The notes below the pieces were generated by a model. It worked only from the letters and a program-made list of their open reading frames with translations, had not been told where the DNA came from and searched no databases. A stretch of DNA of 53,098 nucleotides, from contig JNEM01011401.1 of assembly GCA_000697335.1 (NCBI GenBank), positions 1-53,098 of the forward strand. Direction: 5' to 3'. The position numbers and the translations under genes were made by a program. The DNA is from Conidiobolus incongruus B7586. Lineage: Eukaryota. Each line of letters opens with the position of its first letter. The stretch's first letter is position 1. This document shows positions 27,999-40,941 of the stretch, one piece after another.

Positions 27999-29596
27999 AT
28001 TATTTAGAGTATTAATATTGAAGTTAATATTTTATATTATCCTAATGCTAGAAACTAAAATAATTGTATTAAATTAAGTTGGATTATTAGTAAGTGATAA
28101 GATTAAAATATAGTTATAAAGTTTTATTGGAAATCTTTAATAGAGACTTAGTGTTATAGCTAGGTAATTAGGTAGGTTGATGAATGAATAAATAAATAAA
28201 TAGGTAGGTAAATAGATTTCTGTTATATTTCCTCCCTTTTATACTGAAATGAGAATGGATTAATTTAAGTGAAAGTAGGATAAGAGGTAAATTATAAGTA
28301 AACTAACATAAAAGGTAAATAAATATGGATTAATTAGATAGATATATAATATATTTATGGGTCGTTTAAGCTAGCTATTAATTGTAAAGCAAGAGGCATT
28401 TGTCATCATTATAACTAGGAGATTAAAATCAAATAAAATAAGGTAAAGGGTGTTAGTAATAATATAAATTAAAGTAATGAAGATAGAGTATTCATTGTAT
28501 AACTAAAACCAAAAGTTTTCTTTTTTAAGAAGATTAGTTAAAAGGGTATTAATTTCAGTAAATAATTGAATAAAATCACAGAAATAATTGGTTATACCAA
28601 GAAATAATTGAAGTAATAATATATCTATAAGGTAAAGCTACTGGTAAATATTTTAAATTTTGTTAGGGTTAATATATATACTATTAGCTAATAGAAAATA
28701 ACTATAAAAAAAGACTTTAGGTTGTATAAAAAGGTATTTGAATAATTTAATAAGAAGCTTATTTTCTTTAAAGATCTTAAATATTTAATAGTAGTGTACA
28801 ATATAATCTTTTATAATTTTAGAATAAATTAGAATGTTGTTAAAATAAGCAATTATAAAAGAATCTTAGATTTCAAAGAATAGGTTATTGATAAGTTATG
28901 AGAATATAGCAAGAGTATTATAAAGATTAAAAAAAAATACTATGAATTTATAATATCTATAACAAATATTAAAAATAGTTAATAAAATAGAATTTAGATC
29001 TATAATAACATTATAATATTTATCTTTTATATCAAGTTTAATAAAAATACTATAACCTATAATATTATCTTAAAATTTAGTTAAGTTTAGTAATAGAGTT
29101 TTATCCTTAATGGTTTTTTTGTTAAGAGCTTAATAATTAATACAGAAATATAAACTTCTATCTTTTTTTTTACAAAAAAAATAAGTAATCCTTAAAGAGA
29201 TATAGATAGTTTAATAAAACCTTTATTAAATAATTAAGACAGTGTTTTTTTAAGAATACTATTCTCTTCAAAAGTTATGTAATAAATAAAATAATATACT
29301 AGTTAAAATCTAGGTAAGTTTTATTTTAAGTTTTATATTATATTTAGGTGGTAATAAAGTTTAAAGTTAAAATAAATCTATGTATTTTTTAATTAATATA
29401 TATAATAAATAGTTAAGATTTAAATTTACATTATTGATGTTTATATTATTTAAGCTAAATTTAAAGTTATTAAGGGAACTAAGGTTTAAAAAGATTAAAC
29501 CTTTAGATTTATATTGTTCATTACTAATAATATTGCTAAAGATAGATTTAAAGAATATAAAATTACCTAATTTAATATTACTCTATATTTTTAATA

Positions 29597-30873
29597 ATGG
29601 GAATTTTTTGCAATTAAAAATAAATAAACATTTGAATATATGATATATAAAAATAAATATATAATATAAATTTAATAGTTTCTTTTATTATTAATAACTT
29701 TTTGCTATACTTTTAGCAAACTTCTAACATTTAAAAAACAGTTCTTTTTATTAAAAACTGAAATTTGATGTTTTATAAACTAATTAAATTTTCCTGCAGA
29801 AATTTTCTTTCCTGCAAGTTGGTTTTTTAACTGCCTAAAGCAATTATAATCACATAAGTTATAATCACAGGAATATACTAGATGTGGTAGTTTTTTCCAG
29901 TTATTTTTAATTAGAAAATTTTTTACAACTTTAGATTTATGTATTTTGTAATTATCATGCAAAATAATAAGTCTTCTTAAATTATATTGAGAACACCAAT
30001 TAGAAATATTTTTATTTAAAAAAACAATATATAGTTTACTATTAATTAATTTTCCTTCAGGAACTAAATAAGAATAGCATATACTATCATAATCTATTAT
30101 AATAATTAACATTTGCTTATTAACAAAATGCTTATTTAAAGGGATTTGTAGAGGGGGTTGATTTAACTTAATCTAGCATTTTAATTTGTGTTTTAGTAAA
30201 GGATTATACATAAAGATTTAAGATTCATCAATTGTAATTATTCACTGTAAAAGTTTAAGCTTCTAGTAATATTTCAATAGGTTTTGTTTAGTAATAGCTA
30301 CTCTAACTTTTTTTAAGCTTTAGTTAAATTATAAGGTACCTATTTTATATTTTTATTTATTAATTTTAGTTTAAACTTTAAAATATATAAAATACTTATA
30401 AAACTAATATTAAAGTGCTTAGATAATTCTCTAGCTGAAATAAAAAGGTGCTTTTCAGTATATTTTTTCACTCTATTTATAATTGAAAGAGTAACAGTTA
30501 AAGTTAGTTTTCTAGATTTTAGCAGGTTTTGAATAGTTTCTCTCTTAGCCTTAAAGTAATTTACCTAGCAATAAATTGTTGATTTAGATAATACTTCATT
30601 ACCAAAAGCTACTTGTAAATTTTAAATAATTTTAGAGGGTTTATGGTTAAGTTTTACTAATACCAAAATAAAAAACTTTTGATGATTACTATTTGGTTTA
30701 AGCATGATTAAATTAAACAACCAATTTTAAAAAGTTAATTTTTTAATCAAAAAAACTAATATATATATATATATATATATTAAAAATATATAATTTCCTA
30801 TTAACTTTGTATATATTTATTTATTTCAAATTAATAATATGTTTGAAAAATCAGAAATTAAAAAATTTCCCAT
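29597..30873 (-). mobile_element. Mariner (DD34D) DNA transposon, ~1.28 kb, degenerate, nested in family B
   Basis: Flanking TA duplication (29595-29596 / 30874-30875); imperfect TIRs ATGGGAATTTTTT / AAAAAATTTCCCAT. Transposase from ATG 30705: LQVAFGNEVISKSTIYC*VNYFK (HTH), *VPYNLT (=WVPHxL), ITIDE, ILHDN-34 aa-D with YSCDYNLCDY (=YSPDLAPSDY). Confidence 0.9.
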
Positions 30874-32413
30874 TATTTCAAATTCAAGGTAATAGTTAAT
30901 TTATGTTTAGTTTAGTATTAATTATCTTTATATATAGATTAAAGTAGTTTTGTTTTAATAAGAATAAACTACAAATAGTATAAGAATGTTAAGGCTTTTT
31001 TAATTATTATTTAAAATGGTAAATAGTTATAAATTTATAGAGAATTAAAGATTAAATTATACTATAGGGGTGTAATTATAAACTAAAAAGTTTTATGGTA
31101 ATTAGATATTAGTGATAAAATAGTAATAATATACTTAAAAGATTATAAAGTTGTTTTATCTTTTAAGGTAATATTAATAGGTTTTAGAATTATTTTAAGG
31201 TTTAATAAAAAAACTAAATCTTTATTAATTATATAGTTATTAGTTTTAATGTTAATAAATATAGTGATAGATTTAAAGTTTAAGTGTTTAGTAGTTAAAA
31301 GAAATATAATATTACTAGTAAATTTGGTTTGCTAACTAATAAAAGGTGTAAAACTAACAAAAGTAGTTAGCTTATTAGTTTTTACTATTGGTTTTATTTT
31401 TTTAAAGGTAAGTTAGGGGTTGTTTAAGTGTTAAGTTAATTATTATTAGGGTAATTTTTTAAGTAATAACCACTATTAATTTTACAGCAATAAAAACAGC
31501 TATTGTTTTTAAAAAGGTATTTGTATTCTTATTGTGTTAAAAGTTTTAATAGTTGATTATTAAGTATATTATGTAAATAAGTGTTATTGATAACTATATT
31601 ATTTAGGTTATAGTTAATAGGTGTTTAATTAATATAATGATAGTAAACATTAGTAGGATAATATTTGTAATAATTAAGATATTAATAATAATAATAAAAT
31701 TTGTTAAAACAGATAGCTATATTAGTGATGTTTTAAAATAAATCTTTCTGTGGATTTATTTGTTAAAGTATATTATAACAAAGGTAAAACTTTAATTTAT
31801 CTAAAAAGTATATATTATGATTAAGTTCCTATCTTAAAGGTAATTGATTCTTATAATAGTAAATTTATTTAATAAATTCTTAAACAAATTGTTTGTAAAC
31901 TAAACTTTTTAATTTATTATACAGAAATATAACATTGTTAGCAGGGTAATATTCTTAGTATAATTCTCTAATAAGATTTCTAAAGGTTTGAATGTTTTCA
32001 TTAGGGTATTTATTTAAAGATACTTGGGTGTAAATTTATTGATGATATTTGAACCAATTTTGTGTATTTCTAGTAAAAAACTAGGATGCTATTAATAATT
32101 TATCTTTTACACTATAGCTAATTATATTAAAATAATTGTTTAATGTGTTTTTGTAGTTTTGAAAAGTGTTAGTAGATTGTTATTTATTGTAATTATAGAG
32201 TTTTTCACAAAATAGTTTTTATATTAAAGTTTTATATTAACTAATAGTTAATTAAACAACATTGTTGTTGTTGATGTTTATGGTTGATATATTATATATA
32301 TATATGGGTATCAAGTTGAGAAAATTGATTTTGGTTAATTAAACTATTAACAAGCAGTTAAATTCAAGGTGATTTGAGTTCTTAGTTTTTTTAGTGTTGG
32401 TGTAAAGATTAAG

Positions 32414-32428
32414 TGTTTGCTGCTACTA
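32414..32428 (-). other. Putative primer-binding site of family B
   Basis: Minus strand immediately inside the 5' LTR reads TAGTAGCAGCAAAC, one transition from TGGTAGCAG, the complement of an initiator-Met-type tRNA 3' end. Confidence 0.5.
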
Positions 32429-32645
32429 TATAATAAGGTTAATGTATATAAGTTGTTTCAATGTAAACAGTGTGGGAAAAAATCTTTGTTTATTTGGTAA
32501 TGGTTTTTTTATTTATATGTAAGAGTTGGTAAAGATTCAAAGATAAAATAAAACAAGATAAAATCAAGTAAATAAAGAGATAAGATAAAGCAAGTAGATA
32601 TGATTGATATGTTATGATAATGATATAGTGATCTGATTTATAATA
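32429..32645 (-). repeat. 5' LTR of family B (217 bp)
   Basis: Direct repeat of 20529-20746. Confidence 0.9.
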
Positions 32646-34812
32646 TATGATAAGGTTTTAATAGATATATTGGATTATTAATTTAACTCTTTTAAGTTGC
32701 TTATATATTTATTAAAGTTAACATAACAATACTTAGTTTATTTTTATATTATATTCTCTTAAATTCAACTGAACTTATCAACAATGCAATTTTATACTCT
32801 GAAAATACTATTATTATAATTTTAATTAGAAATTTCAATTATTAGCAATAATTATTAGATTTTGAAACAAGAAATATTCAAATAATAGGCAAAAGAGTTA
32901 TAATAAATATAGATAATAACATCATTAGTGTTCATTAATAAATCATTATTTTTCCTCTGATATTTTACCTGTTTAATATTCTGAATTTTGTTAATGTAAT
33001 AGCATAGATCTAAATTGATTATACATTTAAATTTAAAAATATTATAATCAAAATAACAATTGAGTGGTTATTACATAATATATTTGAAATTAAACAAACT
33101 ATGATAATATGCCAATGAAAGCAAGATTCATTTTTTAATACTTGTCATAAATTAATCTGTACTATTTAGACGATATACATGAATAATAATTAACAATGGT
33201 TTTTATTTACATTGCCAAATAAATCAAAGTTTTAGTATGCTAATATTTCAAAGTCTAATCCCAGTCAATTGATATCTATTCATTAATCAAGTTTCATTAA
33301 TAAATATATTTTAAATATATAAGATCATATTGTTTATATAATATTTCGCAATTTTAGTCAATGATCAAAAATCAGTAGTTTATTACATTTTGACTAGTGT
33401 TATTCATTAAATATATAATATATTAATTAAATTCATATAATAAGATATGTAATGATTAGCTATATTTAATGGGAATGCTTCCATATAAATTATTCTTGAA
33501 TTATATTAAATTTGTGAATACATATATAATCAAACTACTCTAATTAAATTGAATAATCATATGGTTTTGCTTACATTTCAAAAATTTTTTACTATTTTAA
33601 AAATATTTTCTATTTCAGATATTTTTAAGTGAAAAAATGAATTTCTGATCACATGACAAACTTGAATTGATGAAAGTTATAATAATGGTAATGGTATAGT
33701 ATACAAATAAAAGTCACGATGAAACTATCAATATCTCTTTATATACATCAAGAGTGTTTAATTATTATATGTATTATATAATTTTCCAATTTGGTTTAAT
33801 CATTTACATAATGAATATAGTAATGATTAAATCAAATATTTACGCTTAAAATGACCAGAGTGAAAAGTAAAATAAATCTATTTTAATATTTTTTAAATTG
33901 GTAGACTATAATTTTCATATTTAATCAATTGAAAAATATATCAAGTTATGATAACTAGTAATGCCTACTTAAATATAAATTATAATAAAGGTTTCCAATA
34001 TTTACATTTAATGTGAAATTGATAAAATTCCATTATTTTTTTTAATTTCTGAACAGAGAAAAGTTCAAAAGAATTTAAGTAATTCCCAATTTGCAAATAT
34101 AAAATCCTTTTGAATTCCTCAATTTCATAATTGAAATTATTGATATTTTTCAAATTTATGATAGATATGTTTGAAATATTCGGGTTTTATAATTTGTCAA
34201 ACTTCTAATATGAAATCATTTCATAAGTTTAATTGAATACCAAGAAATTTTGATCAAAACCGTAACACTATATGTTATATTAATAAGTACATTTAAATGA
34301 TTAGATATTCAATGAAAAATGAATACAAATCATCATAGTGAAAATGATTTTGATTTTTATTGTTGAAGTAGATTATTTAATACTAATAACAAACTGTCTA
34401 ATGTTAGAATGGTAGCTCGGCAATTTAATCATATGACCTGAATAAGCTATTCATTTCGTTAAATAAATATCCTTAAAAAGCAACAGAAACTCTAATTCAA
34501 AAATCACGTATAAATTAAAATGACTACAATCCCATTACTTTGCAATATCATCAATGAAATCATTTATATTTCTCATTTATCAACAATCATTTACATTTAC
34601 CAACTTATTTAACTATTTTTAAGAAAATTATTATTTCTTTACAAAATTAATAGAATTTATTATTATTAATATTGTTATTCACCAGTCACTTTAATACGAA
34701 ATACTTTTTATTTTTGTTCTTTATTCAAGTCACTATTAATAAACACTTACTTGTTACTGTGTAACACTTTAGAGAATATTCTAACGATTGATCATTTTCC
34801 CAATTTAATTTG

Positions 34813-36811
34813 ATGACTACACATTTAAATGAACAGCCCAATCCACCGATACCTCCTAAACCCGGCCAACAAAATTCAATTGTAGGAGTAGCAGCAAGTG
34901 GCGTCCAGGAATTCGTTTCTGCAGAAGGTCGTTATACATTAAAAGAGGATGTATTCCTTGGTGGAGTCGAACCTATTGGAATGTTAAATCCTGTAGGCAC
35001 CAGTGTATCTTTAATTTTTGTCAAATTTAAGCAATCTAACACAAAATCGGGCATCTTAAGTAATTTGTCCACATCAAATAAAGACGATAAAGACAGGTCT
35101 AATTCTCCAATTGAAAATCAAAGTCATCCCATTACAGTTGTAGTTGAAGAAGATAATGATGAAAATAAATCTCAGAATAATACTAATGGTACTGATTCAC
35201 CAACGCCGGGGACTGTTACTCGTCAAACTAGCTCTTTCAGTCTCAAGAAAGCTTCTCCATTCAGTTCTAATGACAAATCAAAAGAGAAGGAAGAAGACCA
35301 GGGTTTTTCACTCTTCGCACCCAACCGACGCAAAAAATCTAAAAACAACATTGCCAAGACTAATTCCAGTTTAGTGACCAAAATTGTAGCCCACCAACAT
35401 TTGGCCAAAATCTTAGCTTCTAAACAGAATGATGAAACCTATGTATTTTATAACGTTGGGAAGAGCTTTATTTGGAGTGACTTACACAATCCAACTGTAA
35501 TTTGAATTTTAGTATATATTATTAAATGAATACTAATAATATTTGGTTTCTTTACTATTTTAGGAAGCTTTATCACAAATCCAATTTACAAAAGCATTTC
35601 CCACCTGTCATGACATTAATGCTTTGACAAGAAGTGGTGACCACCTAGATGTGATTATTGGTCTATCTACTGGTGATATTGTCTACTTTGATCCTCTCGG
35701 TAACAAGTACAGTCGCATTAACAAACAGGGTATTATCAACACAACTGCTGTTACAAGTATCAAATGGATTCCTGGTTCTGAAACTCAAATCCTTGCATCT
35801 CACCAAGACGGTTCTATCATAAAATATGATAAGGAAAAAGATGATATAGCCTTTACTCCCTCAACGCCTAATGAAAACTGTATGTTTTACGTTTCCAAGC
35901 ACTCTAAATCCAATAGTAAGTACAACCCACTCTCTCATTGGCAAGTTGCCACCAAAGCTATTGTTTCATTTGCATTCTCGCCTGACTTTCAGCATATTGC
36001 CGCCGTTGGTTTGGATGGTGGATTAAGAGTAATTGACTTCAATCAGGAGATTCTAGAGGATGTTTATAGTAGTTACTTTGGAGGACTAACATGTGTTTGT
36101 TGGAGTCCTGATGGTAAATATATTCTGGTAATTGATCAATTGATTGTCTTTCATAAAGTTTTCATAATAAATTATTTATTAGAGTGGTGGCCAAGATGAC
36201 TTGGTTACGATTTGGTCTTATCATGAACAAAGAATTGTTGCTAGATGCCAAGGTCACAGTTCCTGGGTAAACATTTTTCTATATCATTATAAATATACTC
36301 ACCTTACCGAACTTGTTAAATTCTAGGTGACTGGAGTTGCTTTTGATCCTTGGAGATGTGATGAGAAGAATTATCGATTTGGAAGTGTTGGAGAAGATAC
36401 TAAACTCCTTTTGTGGGATTTTTCTGTCAGTGCACTTCCAAGAGTGAAATCCGTAAGTTTTACAATTTTTCTATTAAATTCGAAGGATTAAATGACACTT
36501 TCTATTATTAGAGAAGAAGAGGTAGTCAGTCTGCCCACTCTCATCACTCTGCTACACCTGGCAATAAATCCCATATGAAGCCTTCACTCCATGCACTATC
36601 ATTAAGAAACCAAGTCGTTATGCTTCAACCTACTATGGTAACTCCATATTAAATGAACAAATGATTTATATATTAACTTTAAAATGATTAGGCTGAGTTC
36701 TTACATAATGATCCGCTAAATTCTGTGGTATTCAGAGAAAATCACATTATCACAACTTGTAGAAAAGGTCATATCAAAGTTTGGAATCGACCATCTTTAC
36801 CCGTGTTATGA
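34813..36811 (+). CDS. creC: WD40-repeat protein, CreC/WDR20/DMWD family (multi-exon)
   Basis: [114 protein letters not shown] introns. Confidence 0.85.
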
Positions 36812-37495
36812 AAATTATAAACAAAATCTTTCATTGACTCCTAAACTTATACTATATTTAGGATCAATTATATTTTTAAAAATTTCAGATTTATAATGTT
36901 AATTTGGCCATTTTTAATATTTAATGATGCTTAATCAATGTATCATCATTTTAAGGTTTAAAAGTATTAATAAAATTTTCTTTTGAATTTTTTATGAAAT
37001 TTTTGATTAATTCATAACTATTTCCATAAATATTTAAATATATAATATAGCAATACTGCACCAATTGATTGAAATAATCAATATTAAATCTATATTATAT
37101 TCAGTAATAAATCAATTTGGATCAATAACATAATATCAAATTAATCTTTATATCTGTGATTAAATCTCATTATATTCTTGGATTCATATATTATTCAAGT
37201 AAATAATATAAAATTGAATAAGTTAGCTTTTATATGATATAACTTTAAAGATTTAGCCAATATCAAATTTTTTCAAGATGCCGAAAAGAATAGCTAATTA
37301 AAGATTAATTAATTTTCATTCTGAATTATATTAAATTAATCAAACTACAAATCCAAATAAAATAATACTATCATTTCTTCTCCAATAGGCTAAATTTTTG
37401 ATACTATGTATTAATTATGTAAAAGTATAAACTGTTATAAAATATGCCAAAATTTTTAATTGAAAAGTATTATTGTACTTATAAATAATAGTGAT

Positions 37496-37795
37496 CTACC
37501 AAGTAGCCTTTTGAACTCCAGGTAATTCACCTCTCAATGCCTTCATACGGAATTGATAACGACACAACCTGAAATCACTCAAAATACCTCTACCTCTTCC
37601 TGTTTCAACACAGCGTGGTGATATAGTGGTAGGGCAAGCATTTCTGGGGATATTATGTAAAGCCAATTGAGCTTGATAACGGATACGAGTGGGATTAGCT
37701 TCATTACGAGCAATGTAACGGTAAGCTTGACGGAGGACTTCCCAACCGGCAACAATAACTCTGTTATTTAAATCTCTTCTGACAGCTGCTCTCAT
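37496..37795 (-). CDS. MRP2: Mitochondrial ribosomal protein S14 (uS14m)
   Basis: RCVETGRGRGILSDFRLCRYQFRMKALRGELPGVQKATW is the S14 C-terminal signature; single exon, 99 aa. Confidence 0.92.
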   Translation of the reverse strand: MRAAVRRDLNNRVIVAGWEVLRQAYRYIARNEANPTRIRYQAQLALHNIPRNACPTTISPRCVETGRGRGILSDFRLCRYQFRMKALRGELPGVQKATW

Positions 37796-38603
37796 TATAA
37801 TAATTTTTTATTTTTGATTTAATCTATTGAAATGATCTTGTAATTATTTTCCTCAGCTGTTCCAAAGTATTTATCCAGAGAATCAATTTTATCAACTTAT
37901 GGGATATTCCAACTTTTAAAATTCTTATTCCTGTAAAGACCATGGATATTGGTAAATATAAATAATTTCGAATTCATAAAATATATTATTTTTAGAGAAA
38001 ATATGATATCATATTTTTAATTATGAATTTAATAAACATTTTATTAATCTCATTAATAGAATGATATACAATTATTTTAGTTACCTAGTGTATTTGATTT
38101 TGAGTTTAATATCAAGCTATCAGTGTTTTGACTTTTCATTATTCAAATCACTTTACCTATTCAATTTATACAAAAATAACTTATAATTTTTGCTCAACGC
38201 TATATATTTAACTTATGATATGAGCTGATTGTAGGTAAAGTTGATCCTAAAAACTTTTATAAATGCAGCATTTTTGTCAATATTTATATTGTTTTCAAAT
38301 CCAAAAAAAATCACTATTTGATAAAACTAATCAAAAAATTTAACTATTGATTAAAATGATAATCATATAATTTACTTAATGGATATTTTGAATTCAGTTG
38401 TTGTTTGAAGAAATAAATTCATTGTTCTACTAATTTTTAATAGTAAGAAAATGATAAAGTTAAATATAGAATAACACCCAAAAAGTTAAAGGAATCCGCC
38501 ATAATAAGCTTTTATTTATGGATTAATTATTGTGATGTAAGGCTGTGAAATAAGTGCGAAAATTGGAAACTTAAATAATTGATTATCACTAAATTCAATA
38601 TTC

Positions 38604-38606
<3 letters not shown>

Positions 38607-38642
<36 letters not shown>
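38607..38642. repeat. (AT)n microsatellite
   Basis: About 18 perfect AT units. Shorter (AT)n runs also occur at ~10529, ~30760, ~41329 and ~47281. Confidence 0.9.
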
Positions 38643-38646
<4 letters not shown>

Positions 38647-39016
38647 CAGTACTCATTATTTTATAATCTGTTAACTATAATGTTAATTTAAAAGACAATT
38701 AAATTAATATAACCTTATAATTTTAAACTTATTGAAGATAAATTTTAAAACACATCAACAAAAGAGTTAAAATCGCTTTTTGAAACTCTTAATCGACAAA
38801 AATCAAGGGGAAATATTTGCAAAATAGAAAATTAATTAATATGGATCGATTATGATATTCGCATATTTCAACCACTTATATGATATCAATTAACATTAAG
38901 TGGTCTATATTTAAATTGGATTTATTCTCCACTTTGTTTTTAATATTCTTAATTTTATTCATACAATTATTACATTAAAAAATATATCAAATAATAAATA
39001 CATTATTTATACAAAT

Positions 39017-40941
39017 ATGAGTGATGGTGAGGATTTAATCAATCGTCACAATTCCAGAATATCAATTAGCAGTACCAATAGTAATGGACTGTTTTTGGAA
39101 TTGGAAGATAACCCATTTCGCCCAGGTAGAGTTGACCAAGATCAACTTGACATTATTTTACATAAAATAGGTATGGGTAAATTTCAGTACATTCTGTTTT
39201 TATTGTGTGGTTTTGGTTGGTTAGCTGATAATGTAGGTATATTATAAACTTGAGTAATATATAATTATACTAATGAGTAATTTAGATGTGGTTGCAAGTA
39301 AGTTATAGTAGACGTGATTGAATTGACAACAATTTTAATGTGATTTATTTTCGACGATAATTAGGTTGTAATCGTACTTTTACCTAGTATTCAGAGTAAG
39401 TAACAATATTTCATTTATTATTTTAATATTAATATGAAATCGTTAATGATAGGACATTATTTGATAAGCAATGTATATATTGGGCTCCCTAATAGTATGC
39501 TTTTCTTTGGACTGATGCTTGGTTCTCTATTTTGGGGAGGTCATTCCGATTTGCACGGAAGAAGAGATGCATTTCACTGGACATTGACTATAGCCACAAT
39601 AGCTGGCATTCTATGCGGCCTTACTCCGAATTTTTGGCTATTGACCTTATTTTTGATAGCTTTAGGATTTGGTGTAGGAGGTACTGTCCCTGTAGATAGC
39701 AGCATCATACTAGAGTTTCTTCCTACGAAGTACCATTATCTGGTCACATGTCTTTCAGTGTTTTTCAACCTAGGAGCTGTGTTGGCATCATTGTTTGCTT
39801 ATCTCATATTGCCTTCTTATAGTTGTCCTGATCTTCTTTCAGATGGATCCATTGACTCTTGTGATGTTAGTGTGAGCAATAACGGGTGGAGATATGTGCT
39901 TATTTCATTATCTTTATTAAATGGGCTTATGGCTTTTGCAAGAGTATTTTTATTCAAACTGCCAGAATCACCACAGTTTTTATTATCTCAAAATCAGCCA
40001 GAGAAGGTGGTTAACACATTGAATTACATATCCAAATACAACGGATTATCCATGAAATTCACTACTGATGATTTGATGTTAACTCGTAAACATTCTGATA
40101 TTGATGTAATCGATGAAGATGAAATAAACCAGCAGTTTCTAGAATCTGAAATGGAAGACTTAAATCCTAATGACACAAGTTCCAATACTTCTCATAAATT
40201 CACTATTGTCGAAAGTAATTTTAAAACTCACTGGTTACTTAAAGCCTTAGGTTTTGATTACAATTTGATTTATAATCTCTTCCAGCCTTATTATAGACTA
40301 TCAACTATTTTAATCTGGTCTATTTGGGTATTGATGGCTTTATCATATAACTTATTCACTATATTTCTACCCAAATACTTGAAAATGAAAGGTCAAACCG
40401 AAGGAACGACTAGTATGACTGATGTATATTGGAGCTATTTAATCTATTCATTGTGCGGAATTCCTGGAAGTCTAGTAGGAGGTTGGTTGGTAGATACGAG
40501 GTTAGGAAGAAAGGGAACACTGGCACTCTCAACTCTTCTCAGTGGAATTGCCCAAGTGGGATTTATTTTCTTTCAAAATCTGAGTTTAGTGACCTTTTGT
40601 AGTTCATCCGTCAGTTTTCTGGTTACTTTAATGTATGCAGTATTATATTCCTACACCCCAGAAGTGTTTGACGCAAGATTGAGATCTACTGCATGCGGTA
40701 TCGCTGCATCTTTATCTAGATTGTAATTTTACATGATATACTTGGTTTGCACATATAATTAATCTTTTTATATAGGTTAGCTATAATTTCGCCAATGTTA
40801 ACTGGATTATTATTCAGTCTACACGCTTGGTCTCCCTTAGAGATATCGACTGTATTGTTATTTATACTCGTAGTGCTTACTATAATGCTCCCTATTGAGA
40901 CCAAAGGCAGAGCCAAAAGTGTGAATTTATTTCATCATTAA
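39017..40941 (+). CDS. MFS transporter, SV2/SVOP-like, paralog 1 (5 exons)
   Basis: IGMGKFQYILFLLCGFGWLADN|MWLQ|VVIVLLPSIQ|..GMLGS-like motif FFGLMLGSLFWGGHSDLHGRR, GGTVPVD, EFLP, GWRY, PESP, GRKGTL, YTPEVF..RSTACG, terminal PIETKGR. Confidence 0.9.

Larger units (their letters stand above)
20529..32645 (-). mobile_element. Ty3/Gypsy chromovirus LTR retrotransposon, family B (degenerate; host of two nested insertions)
   Basis: LTRs 20529-20746 and 32429-32645; TSD TATAA (20524-20528) / TATGA (32646-32650); PPT complement ctccccttag 20747-20756. Chromodomain FIVNKILSYK..YLIQ*KRYPKNEATWE (~20845-20955); RT relics KGFIKLSISL*GLLIFFVKKKDRSLYFCINY*ALNKKTIKD (~29100-29230) and YFNNILIYS (~28820-28848). 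About 5.5 kb remains after removing the nested elements. Confidence 0.9.

Noticed and set aside
34021..34052. Resemblance to the mariner TIR (tttttttaatttctga)
   Set aside because: Short, low-complexity match with no partner repeat or transposase remnant.
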